Shown piece after piece: positions 57,101 to 62,312 of a stretch of DNA of 64,000 nucleotides (positions are counted from its first letter, which is position 1; every line of letters starts with the position of its first letter). The translations under genes were made by a program, and so were the position numbers. Below the pieces are notes generated by a model. It saw only the letters and a list, made by a program, of their open reading frames with translations, was not told the DNA's origin and searched no databases. The DNA comes from Phoronis australis. Lineage: Eukaryota; Animalia; Phoronida. The DNA lies in assembly GCA_002633005.1 (NCBI GenBank), contig NMRA01000073.1, forward strand, positions 706,150 through 770,149, read 5' to 3'.

Positions 57101-60100
57101 AACTGGAACTTTGAGCATAAAAGTGAAATCAGGAAACACGCTAATAAAGCTACGTACTATCAAAATTGAAAGTGTTTTGTCAAAACCACCCAAGTGTTGG
57201 TTCCTCCTAGGAGGAACCAATATTGGTTCATCCTAGGAGGAACCAATATTGGTTCATCCTAGGAGGAACCAATATTGGTTCCTTGGATGAACCAATATCG
57301 GTTCCTAGGTTCCTTTCTCATTTCCAAAACACTGGGGTCCAATGGACCCGTGTTTGAAAATGTTCGAGTCTATTTCAATGTCTTGTGGTAAGTGGAAACT
57401 GTCAAAAAATCATTGCTCCACTAGTTCAAAATATGAACTGATATCTGTGCTACTTTTCTTAAAGGGAAGTCATTACTGACAGATCCTTTTGGCTTTATTG
57501 GTTGTCTGCAGGGAGCCACCCATGGCCTGGAAGTGAAGCTGTGACAATTCTTTTCACAATCTGTCTTTGGTTAGAGCTGGTTGTGCCATCAGGGCTATTG
57601 TGTTACAGGATATCATCTGGCGATATCAGGCCTGACTTGAACTTTTAAATATGATTAGTACGTAACCACGCTATGATGGAGTTGATTATTAGTTGAGGAG
57701 TCTAAAGTAGGTTCTGCACTGATCGGACAGTAGTAAAAAACAAAACCATCATTTTTTACTGTAGGTGACACACCTCCAAACTTGGTAAGCATCTTCTTCA
57801 GCTCGGACAAACACAGCATTGCTTTCAAACTTCATTTAAATGCAATTGAGAAACATCCTGACACTGAGTTTCAGGCCATCAGGCCTAATGACTCCATGAA
57901 GCATTTTTGACTTGTGATACTTATAAATGTTCTTTTCATCAATGGAAATTAAGTCCTATCATGCTACAGAAAAAATGTCCTTCCATGGTATAGAAAAAAG
58001 CCTCCCATGATAAAAAAAATCCTATTAAGACAGGTAAATAAAAATTCATACCAATGTGCAGAAAAAGACCTAATAATGGACAGAAAAAAATGAGATTCCA
58101 TTGTTTAAAGACGAGTGATCCACATTTGATTTTGAATTTTCTGACACGAGAAATGGCGGTTATTAACAACGGTTGCTTATTTGGTCAGTGCAATGGAACC
58201 GACTGTCAGGTGGACTGTGCACTTTTGATCCGATTGAAGCATTGAACCGCCCGCAACACCGTTCAGTCAATGACCTGCAGAAGTCTGAAAAGTTTATTTT
58301 GAATAGCATACTACAATGACAGTAACTAGAATGCAGAAAAACATTTAATCAACCTCGACTCGTGCAACCATCAATCCAAGATGGCATCCTTACTTATTGC
58401 CCCAGTCTATCTTTGTGGCTATCTTCTTCTCCACGTCACGCGCCTGTTCTTGTGTACATGTGCCTGCCTTGAGGCGACACCTGTAGTCCATCAACTCAAT
58501 CATCACTTGACGTATGGAATTGAACAGGCTTCGTTGCAAGGGGTCTGAGATCTAGAACAATACCACGTAAATTTTCAAATACACTGTCTGATAAAACATT
58601 CCTTCCAAAATTTGTAAAATTAAAGATTCCACAGAGTTGGTATAAGTTTTCACTGTGTGCAAAAACACAATGAAAAATACATTCAAAACTTTTGTATTAC
58701 ACAGATATTTTCAAAAACTTCAATTACAAAGTTCTGTCTTTTTAAGGCAGCAAAGTTCCAACAAGTTACTCCATCTAGTGTTTGACCACGGAACTAGCCA
58801 ATTGCCAAAAAGCTGCAGTGACTGTTCCTCGGGTGCATAAAACAACACGTGAATTAAGCTTCCAGAATTCAGTCTTCAGAGACAAAAATTTGACAGTTTG
58901 TTCCAAGTCTATAAATGACTTTTCTAGCCTAATTAAGGTACAAGATCAAAACAGTTTTATAACTATAGTAACTGGTCTAAATCAAAAGTGATGACAACAT
59001 AACAAGCTAGTTGTAGATTAAATATTTCAAAGGTGGAGTCAAATCTACTTCATGTCTTCATTTGTTACTATGGTACTCCACTACAAGCCTTTGGCGATCA
59101 ACAAGGCAGTCCACAGCAGTCAAGAGACATATTTAATTACAATACTATTTAAGTGAACAAATTTGACATTTAGCATGGGCCAGACATTCAAGGATTCCTG
59201 AGGGGGCAAGCATTGGGTTACAGAAGTTGTAGATAACAGGACTGACTCAGGAGTAGCAGATGACACATGGTCATGTGTGCTAATGTCAGCAGCAGACATT
59301 TTTTCTAAGCAAAAACCAGTAAATCTAGTCACCAGGAAACTAGCAAGGAATTGAACAAGACAAGCATGCCATCACTGTGGCAATGGAATATTCTAATATG
59401 GTGCAGAAGATGGACAAGTGCAGTTGATGTGATCTTGCTTTTCAACAATGTTTCCCGTTTAAACAAGCTGTCGGCACAAGACAAGATGATTAAATACAAA
59501 TTGCACGGCATAAAAAATGCGGTGTTTCTTTGAACAAAGTCAACTTCTGTTCACAAGAACAGTAATTGCGATATGTTTGTTCACGCACAGAGGTCATGTA
59601 AATGACACATAAGGTCACCAAAACATTTTCTCCGCTTCATTGCAGGCGTGCAAGCAGTTCAAGACACTGTTGTTGATGGCAGAACATTACCTTGTAGTTT
59701 TGTTTCCAAATGTGACTCCATTCCCGCAGCACATACGTCACCTCAGTCACAAACGGATTCTCGATGGGGGTCACCGTTTCTAAAAGTCTAAGCGTGCAAA
59801 CATAAAAATCAAGAAGAGTCAATATCACAGTACAAACCATGAAAAAAGTGACATAAGTAAAATAACAAATCACTGTCACCACAGAAACATATTAGGGCAG
59901 AACTCCACTTTAAAATTAAAGTTTCACACAGTGATAAAAGGAAACATACAAATATGTAGCTCTTTAACATTTGAGATCATGGAAATGACTTAAGCTTGAA
60001 CCAATTTAAAACGAGATATGCAAAGTTGATAACCAAAACAAAATTTCAATCTCTCATTCATGGACATTTTGCAAAGATGAACTTTTTACGTGCCTCCTTT

Positions 60101-62312
60101 GAAAACTTCCCACGGCGCAACAGTGGCAATTTGATGTCTTGGTCATCCCAAGGAATTTATAAAAATATGGTGAAATCCTCAGCCTTAAAACTCTATTTAA
60201 ATAATTGGAGTAGACTGTAGGGGGCGCTTAACATCGTCCACCAACTACTTCACCACTGTCTGGCAAAAAACTATATTTCAATATGTCACTGCTATATCCT
60301 AAATATTTTTTTCTGCGTGAGCAATCCCTGCCTCCTTAGTTTGATGTGAAATGTACTCAAAGACAAAAAACCATGAATGCAAACATGACATTATGCCCCT
60401 GGTAATAAAACAAGACCCAAAAATACATTAATGACAAATTGCGAGTTCAAAAGAATGTGTGTCTGTTTGTATAACTATGACTGAACAAATGATCTCAGTC
60501 CTTCAATCTTTCCTGACCAAGGACCTAAAGTACTAGTATCCCATGTTCAGAACTCGGAATAACCAACTGATAACAGGTAATTCACAGAGAGAAAAAACAT
60601 AGCAATGCAAATCAACTAAATCATTTGTTTTTCAAGAAATTCTTATTATTTTACAAATGTTGACATCTAATGCTTCGGTGACATAAATCTCAAGGTGCGG
60701 ATACGATGAAAAATTCTCGAGCAATTATCTGATTATCTGAGATTATTGGAAGCACTGGCAAGGTGACGTCACAAAAATCACTAATCAGAGCAACAGATCA
60801 TATAAATCACGTAATCAGACATGGAATTCAGTTGGGCAGATCAGGCAAGTATCGCCTGATATGTAACCAAGGCATCAACAGAAATTCGATTTTAATCATA
60901 TCTCATTTACACGGTACACTTGCATCACGCTTTTCTAAAGCTCGGTTTGTTTGTTAACGATTTCCTTCACGTATTACAAGGCTCTATGTATCAAACATCT
61001 AGTGAATAAAACACAGTCACTACAAACAACTCGACTTAACTTTTGGACTCAATATCTTAAATTCCACGAGTAGATGCAGAAGCGGATCTACAGGGGGGGT
61101 TCAGGGGGTTTAAACCCCCCCCTCGGGACAGGACCCAAAATAAAACCTGGAAAAAAAATCGCCAGAAAAACAAAATTAGCTACTAAAAATCCCAAAAAAT
61201 CTTACACTGGAGGAGGGAAACCCTCTTGCGACCTTCCTTCTCCTCGGCGCTACGCGCCTCGGATTGTTTCGAATCCTAAACCCCCCCCTTACTGAAATCG
61301 TAGATCTGCCACTGAGATGTCATAAAAATTCTAATCTAAATGCTACTTTAGACCATCAGCCATATTTTCAAACAAACCCACAAACCGAGCTTATCAAGAG
61401 TCCTCCACAGGTCAATGTCAAACAGACGAATTATAAAACTTTCAAAGCGAAGAGGAAAATCGAAGAATGATATTTACAGCGAGTTATTTTTCACACAAAT
61501 TGATTTGCAATGCTATCTCTGAAAGTGCCATAAATACATCAATGTCATGAATTGTCATTAAATGGTATTGCGAGTTGTCCTAATGTGACTTGTGCTTGTG
61601 TCAGACCCAGGAGAAATTAGGGCGCAAGTTTTTCGCATAGATATCGGTCGATAGGTGTAACCATTGTTCACTTTTCTTTCTTATACTAAATATAATGGTA
61701 AGCAATTATCAGTAACCAGGTGATGGGTGCCCAAGGTATGATATCCATGCAACCAGTAGGACATCATTAAGTTTAGCAAAGGGATTATCTTGGTGAACAC
61801 ACACTCATACCAGTCTGGGACAGAGACAACTACTGTAATAAGATTGATGATCAGGAAACAGGAGAGAGCTGAGATAAACTTACCCATCTGGGTCAACTTT
61901 GCATTGGATGATATGTACATAGGTAGCGGGAAAAATACCCTGGGAAGAAAAAAATGTGAGGTCAAGATCAGGTGCTGAGTGGTGACACGACTGGAGCCAG
62001 TTTAAGACCCAGTTTCATGCCTGCTGTTCAGTGGAAAAAACTGGTTCTCAAAATGTGAGACTTACTAGCATTACGATTTTTAAATTGGTGTAAACCAATT
62101 TTATTCCAATGACCAGAAACTTTTTATAACCTGTCATCAAACTCCAGTAATGCATTGACGACAAAACTGAGAACATGCAGTTGCTCACATCATATTACCA
62201 CTGACAAGAAAAACATCAGCATTTCTTCAACTTTTCATTTCATAATTAAATCAAGGGGATAAAAAGTCTACCTTTTTGTGTTTGTTCCTTGTGGAAAATC
62301 CTCGATACCAAC
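1..62312 (-). CDS. DOCK3: DOCK3/DOCK4-like (DOCK-B) Rac guanine nucleotide exchange factor; partial multi-exon gene, 36 core exons, 5' and 3' ends outside window
   Basis: Manually spliced exons give a continuous ORF with GWYRG..GIFP (SH3), LREW, IDWGN, GDIRNDLY..PRWNETIK..CSTKLTQN (DHR-1), YGDMR, EMYIRYIYKL, LPGILRWFEV and NGVVDAAVNGG (DHR-2). DAAVNGG matches DOCK3/4 rather than the DPAVMGG of DOCK1/2/5. DOCK3 versus DOCK4 cannot be resolved; likely a co-ortholog. Confidence 0.95.
266..529 (-). CDS. DOCK3: DOCK exon with DHR-2 catalytic region (LPGILRWFEV...NGVVDAAVNGGITKYKE)
   Basis: 264 nt; gtgcag acceptor, gtaact donor; contains the nucleotide-sensor Val motif. Confidence 0.96.
905..959. 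repeat. (TG)n/(TGCG)n microsatellite
   Basis: Directly visible. Confidence 0.95.
972..1248. mobile_element. Putative MITE or dispersed repeat
   Basis: Terminal inverted ctcactaa...ttagtgag; internal motif gtcctaaattgatga recurs near 41488 and 55827. Confidence 0.4.
1273..1439 (-). CDS. DOCK3: DOCK exon (IQICEVRPIP...FYSRNDV...SEFK)
   Basis: 167 nt; U12-type acceptor, gtgagt donor. Confidence 0.93.
1440..2588 (-). other. U12-type (minor spliceosome) GT-AG intron
   Basis: 5' splice site GTATCCTG; branch site TTCCTTGAC (1450-1458) 10 nt before the exon; no polypyrimidine tract. Confidence 0.85.
2589..2730 (-). CDS. DOCK3: DOCK exon (NKLFVYRGDEYEKL...FPNAELL...KDIQ)
   Basis: 142 nt; ttcag acceptor; followed by U12-type donor gtatcct. 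Confidence 0.94.
3401..3505 (-). CDS. DOCK3: DOCK exon (QTQATFFQNILTQLRQGSSYYRVGFYGKKFPLFLR)
   Basis: 105 nt; tag acceptor, gtaagt donor; RVGFYG..FP.FLR motif. Confidence 0.95.
3838..3924 (-). CDS. DOCK3: DOCK exon (SWEYGIPLCKELAWLYEKKFDYAKLSSIL)
   Basis: 87 nt; ttctag acceptor, gtaagt donor. Confidence 0.95.
4217..4315. mobile_element. Short GC-rich MITE-like element (CAGGGGCAGATCC...)
   Basis: Degenerate terminal inverted repeats; related to 61077-61314. Confidence 0.5.
4374..4616 (-). CDS. DOCK3: DOCK exon, start of DHR-2 (NFYKNEFNREEMYIRYIYKLCDLH...YFDQGK)
   Basis: 243 nt; ttgcag acceptor, gtgaga donor. Confidence 0.96.
4785..5072. repeat. 14-bp tandem repeat (GGGTAACTTGYTCTA-like), about 20 copies
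   Basis: Directly visible; inverted copy of the unit near 4689-4707. Confidence 0.95.
5305..5585 (+). repeat. Dispersed repeat of about 280 bp, second copy at about 14180-14458
   Basis: Shared blocks ttctcagccaggac, ttcaaaaggcctattg, ttctaagccactatg, accccctccaag. Confidence 0.8.
6432..6591 (-). CDS. DOCK3: DOCK exon (LLEKVQKEPSWQKNG...LLERLLDYR...CTYNLL)
   Basis: 160 nt; ttttag acceptor, gtaaga donor. Confidence 0.95.
7416..7433 (-). CDS. Candidate 18-nt DOCK microexon ((M)ETLAV(S))
   Basis: tgcacaccag-GGAAACTTTGGCAGTCTC-gtaagt in a phase-2 intron; frame preserving; same position as the short LFGPYPS insert I recall in vertebrate DOCK3/4. Confidence 0.65.
8395..9535 (+). mobile_element. 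Non-autonomous element with about 145-bp internal tandem repeats (Helentron/HINE-like)
   Basis: Starts tacaagagcaa; about 7 degenerate units, each with a ccactagggggc-like core and a tttcaygaaaat-like motif; ends ...gtgggtacata; related to 36056-37236. Confidence 0.6.
10724..10809 (-). CDS. DOCK3: DOCK exon (VETELIDKLDIEVSQNKGDEEYKNLFNT)
   Basis: 86 nt; ttgtag acceptor, gtaagt donor. Confidence 0.94.
13582..13789 (-). CDS. DOCK3: DOCK exon (YGDMRVRMGFEIISMWQVLGEHKIKFIP...FKM)
   Basis: 208 nt; ttccag acceptor, gtgagt donor. Confidence 0.95.
14180..14458 (+). repeat. Dispersed repeat, copy of 5305-5585
   Basis: Same collinear blocks. Confidence 0.8.
14756..14856 (-). CDS. DOCK3: DOCK exon (LWTLYFQVAVNFVTQHSLQLEVYSEAKKDKIMDK)
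   Basis: 101 nt; tttag acceptor, gtaagc donor; Q.SLQLE motif. Confidence 0.94.
15140..15262 (-). mobile_element. tRNA-derived SINE-like repeat
   Basis: Reverse strand gttgctcag...ctagatcggtaatctag...ggttcgattccc; homologous to 26085-26212. Confidence 0.7.
15561..15639 (-). CDS. DOCK3: DOCK exon (TILTAMRYFSECLCQEFLDSTNFNQE)
   Basis: 79 nt; ttctag acceptor, gtaatc donor; phase 2 to 0. Confidence 0.9.
15963..16156 (-). CDS. DOCK3: Duplicate of the same DOCK exon, copy A
   Basis: Identical peptide, two synonymous differences (TCA/TCG, CTC/CTG). Confidence 0.85.
16457..16650 (-). CDS. DOCK3: DOCK exon (GSLVSCLIGLLKIMEESHY...VFPKDWIVMRLETD), copy B
   Basis: 194 nt; ccag acceptor, gtaagt donor; FP.DW.VM motif; copy is bracketed by single Ns. 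Confidence 0.85.
17064..17183 (-). CDS. DOCK3: DOCK exon (VIYDDVAHVVSSNMEVIIRTVQ...DDIA)
   Basis: 120 nt; cctcag acceptor, gtaggt donor. Confidence 0.88.
18817..19013. repeat. Dispersed repeat, inverted copy at about 37528-37722
   Basis: gacctggtcattcattcatccaaaagtagttcca...gagtgaaggtggataaat is the approximate reverse complement of sequence at 37575-37685. Confidence 0.8.
19918..20066 (-). CDS. DOCK3: DOCK exon (ARDKLIKLCMSQVKQHF...QAEE)
   Basis: 149 nt; ctcag acceptor, gtgagt donor. Confidence 0.9.
20075..20350. repeat. Degenerate tandem repeat (about 65-70-bp units, gcaac..gaagraaatgraa.gttcatagc)
   Basis: Four related units visible. Confidence 0.6.
21029..21215 (-). CDS. DOCK3: DOCK exon (IVFLENIIQVHETLLPLFSVDEVA...DLFVEA)
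   Basis: 187 nt; ttcag acceptor, gtaacg donor. Confidence 0.92.
22126..22216. repeat. 29-bp tandem repeat x3 (tttggtacaaaactgtataaatatacagc)
   Basis: Directly visible. Confidence 0.95.
22778..22823 (+). CDS. Ly6-like gene exon 1 (signal peptide MNGVTVFQILLVTCV)
   Basis: ATG at 22778, 46 nt, G|gtgagt donor; phase-1 intron within the signal peptide is typical of Ly6 genes. Confidence 0.82.
22778..24435 (+). CDS. Nested Ly6/uPAR (three-finger, LU-domain) protein gene, predicted GPI-anchored; exons 22778-22823, 23330-23439, 24196-24435; 131 aa
   Basis: Spliced product MNGVTVFQILLVTCVGVAAGSIRCKTC...DC...DCKTCG...RMCY...QC...TCCYNDDCNGDLISSAIRMSVNVFTMLCVATWRILV*. It has a signal peptide, 10 Cys in LU spacing ending CCxxxxCN and a hydrophobic tail. 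Donors gtgagt and gtaagt, with matching phases (1, 0). Confidence 0.9.
23330..23439 (+). CDS. Ly6-like gene exon 2 (IRCKTC...DCKTCG)
   Basis: 110 nt; ctag acceptor, gtaagt donor; 5 Cys. Confidence 0.9.
24196..24435 (+). CDS. Ly6-like gene exon 3 (…TCCYNDDCN plus GPI-signal-like tail, stop)
   Basis: ttttag acceptor; CCxxxxCN motif; TGA ending at 24435. Confidence 0.9.
   Translation, partial: TVVTHYKNATTGAPEVVATRMCYTDNQQCKSTETEVLGIKVRTTCCYNDDCNGDLISSAIRMSVNVFTMLCVATWRILV
24606..24611 (+). promoter_or_regulatory. Candidate polyadenylation signal of the nested Ly6-like gene
   Basis: AATAAA about 170 nt after the stop codon. Confidence 0.45.
25771..25882 (-). CDS. DOCK3: DOCK exon (ASGSHSTDEEFRKELFTLF...IIVQ)
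   Basis: 112 nt; tttcag acceptor, gtaaaa donor. Confidence 0.9.
25932..26212 (+). mobile_element. tRNA-derived SINE-like repeat bracketed by an 18-bp direct repeat
   Basis: A-box tagctcagtg, anticodon-like arm ctaga-ccagcaa-tctag, B-box ggttcggttccc; ttggccaacctcagcgtc at 25932 and 26195. Confidence 0.7.
26514..26654 (-). CDS. DOCK3: DOCK exon (DIIRCLIMTIE...FLFKFIVQSRILYQ)
   Basis: 141 nt; ttcag acceptor, gtacgt donor; FKFIVQSR motif. Confidence 0.94.
27191..27291 (-). CDS. DOCK3: DOCK exon (VHILNLLQEQKYEHFKPVLDTYVKESFSSALAY)
   Basis: 101 nt; tag acceptor, gtgcgt donor. Confidence 0.94.
27597..27692 (-). CDS. DOCK3: DOCK exon (MLQDILDALFSIF...AFHTL)
   Basis: 96 nt; tag acceptor, gtaaga donor. 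Confidence 0.93.
28035..28132 (-). CDS. DOCK3: DOCK exon (VDLLGLLKWRQHPDRIKEYLDKVEGLGGDEIVK)
   Basis: 98 nt; cag acceptor, gtagat donor. Confidence 0.94.
29522..29693 (-). CDS. DOCK3: Duplicate of the DHR-1 end exon, copy A (probable haplotype duplicate)
   Basis: Same peptide, one synonymous difference seen (TGT/TGC); lies in a 1.6-kb duplication flanking the N gap. Confidence 0.8.
30534..30952. other. Assembly gap (419 N)
   Basis: Run of N. Confidence 1.
31543..31714 (-). CDS. DOCK3: DOCK exon, end of DHR-1 (CEDVSKLKQEFYVNLP...CSTKLTQN), copy B
   Basis: 172 nt; tag acceptor, gtaaaa donor; duplicated at 29522-29693. Confidence 0.9.
32460..32708. repeat. 35-bp minisatellite (gcttgctattggctgacaccagcctcaacaagttg), about 7 copies; also 30442-30533
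   Basis: Directly visible; the other copy runs into the gap. Confidence 0.95.
32709..32935. repeat. About 30-bp degenerate minisatellite (gtcaggtkggtcatcayatgtgccgagcat)
   Basis: Directly visible. Confidence 0.9.
33870..34255. repeat. Degenerate tandem repeat of about 25 bp (cacatgacaactatcat...)
   Basis: Recurrent cacatgacaac; explains the His/Met/Thr-rich spurious ORFs. Confidence 0.85.
35237..35263 (-). CDS. Candidate 27-nt DOCK microexon (TDSSHASSF)
   Basis: ctctaac-ttttgcag acceptor, gtaagt donor, frame preserving in a phase-0 intron; no homology support. Confidence 0.35.
35786..39486. repeat. Tandem duplication of about 1.7 kb (35786-37527 and 37764-39486)
   Basis: Collinear near-identical copies; N at 37763. 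Confidence 0.95.
36056..37236 (+). mobile_element. HINE-like element with internal tandem repeats (second copy about 38034-39193)
   Basis: 5' taacaagagcaa; 3' hairpin cccacatatgtggg followed by tgcataaaaa; internal degenerate units. Confidence 0.65.
40317..40426 (-). CDS. DOCK3: DOCK exon, DHR-1 (KDKGVEKKLFAFSFLKLM...DGPHELYCYK)
   Basis: 110 nt; ttcag acceptor, gtttgt donor. Confidence 0.94.
41065..41227 (-). CDS. DOCK3: DOCK exon, DHR-1 (NCIFGAVGE...PRWNETIK...HLRFEFRHCS)
   Basis: 163 nt; cag acceptor, gtatgt donor. Confidence 0.95.
42538..42674 (-). CDS. DOCK3: DOCK exon, start of DHR-1 (DIRNDLYLLLTSG...GKQIK)
   Basis: 137 nt; aag acceptor, gtagta donor; RNDLY motif. Confidence 0.92.
44512..44768. 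repeat. Array of five alternating-orientation motifs of about 26 bp
   Basis: cttcaccagtagatggctcgcctggt and its inverted partners, period about 114 bp. Confidence 0.7.
47649..47771 (-). CDS. DOCK3: DOCK exon (MLISVLVLHGELQQV...GFSDIILPG)
   Basis: 123 nt; ttcag acceptor, gtaggt donor. Confidence 0.92.
48194..48282 (-). CDS. DOCK3: DOCK exon (IDEKAEKEFSVLHENLIKKQSSKASVVAS)
   Basis: 89 nt; ccag acceptor, gtgagt donor; phase 2 to 1. Confidence 0.88.
48620..48858 (-). mobile_element. tRNA-derived SINE
   Basis: Minus-strand A-box tggctcattgg and B-box ggtttgaatcc, followed by about 170 nt of body. Confidence 0.65.
48878..49028 (-). CDS. DOCK3: DOCK exon (RMLPSES...YRRPWGCAV...EKDFTMRIT)
   Basis: 151 nt; tag acceptor, gtgagt donor; YRRP.GCAV motif. 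Confidence 0.93.
49887..49947 (-). CDS. DOCK3: DOCK exon (DLGNSDLSRDLYLVAHIYRIG)
   Basis: 61 nt; ttcag acceptor, gtattc donor. Confidence 0.92.
50853..50931 (-). CDS. DOCK3: DOCK exon (SERVVFKLPKGDLPANPLKNALNVLYT)
   Basis: 79 nt; ttgcag acceptor, gtaagt donor; phase 2 to 0. Confidence 0.9.
52910..53052 (-). CDS. DOCK3: DOCK exon (GSVSLKPMSKRILTHHLYLSLKSF...GKFI)
   Basis: 143 nt; ttcag acceptor, gtaacc donor. Confidence 0.93.
55020..55375 (+). pseudogene. Possible highly decayed LINE (CR1/L2-like) reverse transcriptase fragment
   Basis: LAFAEQ...NDDHSKFQKVL loosely resembles RT LFADD...DDxxxLQxDL; weak. Confidence 0.3.
55529..55543 (-). CDS. Candidate 15-nt DOCK microexon (STRRQ)
   Basis: ttttag-AGCACGAGGAGACAG-gtaagt inside a phase-0 intron; frame preserving. 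Confidence 0.6.
56447..56564 (-). CDS. DOCK3: DOCK exon (RLGLDLVPRIDG...QSESG)
   Basis: 118 nt; tag acceptor, gtaggt donor; LGLDLVPR motif. Confidence 0.9.
56707..56753. repeat. 10-bp tandem repeat (ctagtaacta)
   Basis: Directly visible. Confidence 0.95.
56836..56983. repeat. 15-bp tandem repeat (tgattcgtgacacgy), about 10 copies
   Basis: Directly visible; source of the DTLIR-repeat ORF. Confidence 0.95.
57197..57312. repeat. Palindromic 26-bp tandem repeat
   Basis: ttggttcctcctaggaggaaccaa is a perfect 24-bp palindrome, repeated with variants and a ta spacer. Confidence 0.92.
58394..58551 (-). CDS. DOCK3: DOCK exon (ISDPLQRSLFNSIRQVM...KIDWGN)
   Basis: 158 nt; tag acceptor, gtaagg donor; IDWGN motif. 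Confidence 0.93.
59220..59570 (+). pseudogene. Possible decayed LINE (CR1/L2-like) reverse transcriptase fragment
   Basis: AVDVILLFNNV...KYKLHGIKNAVFL* resembles VDVIYLDFSKAFD...KLxxYGIxGxxLxW. Confidence 0.4.
59691..59787 (-). CDS. DOCK3: DOCK exon (LLETVTPIENPFVTEVTYVLREWSHIWKQNYK)
   Basis: 97 nt; tag acceptor, gtaatg donor; LREW motif. Confidence 0.93.
61077..61314. mobile_element. MITE with imperfect TIRs (cagaagcggatctac / gtagatctgccactg)
   Basis: About 15-bp TIR; agatg directly flanks both ends. Confidence 0.75.
61884..61939 (-). CDS. DOCK3: DOCK exon, SH3 C-terminal part (GIFPATYVHIIQCKVDPDG)
   Basis: 56 nt; ttcccag acceptor, gtaagt donor; phase 0 to 2. Confidence 0.93.
62272..62312 (-). 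CDS. DOCK3: DOCK exon, SH3 (GWYRGFSTRNKHKK)
   Basis: 41 nt; ttgcag acceptor, gtagac donor; phase 1 to 0. Confidence 0.92.
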
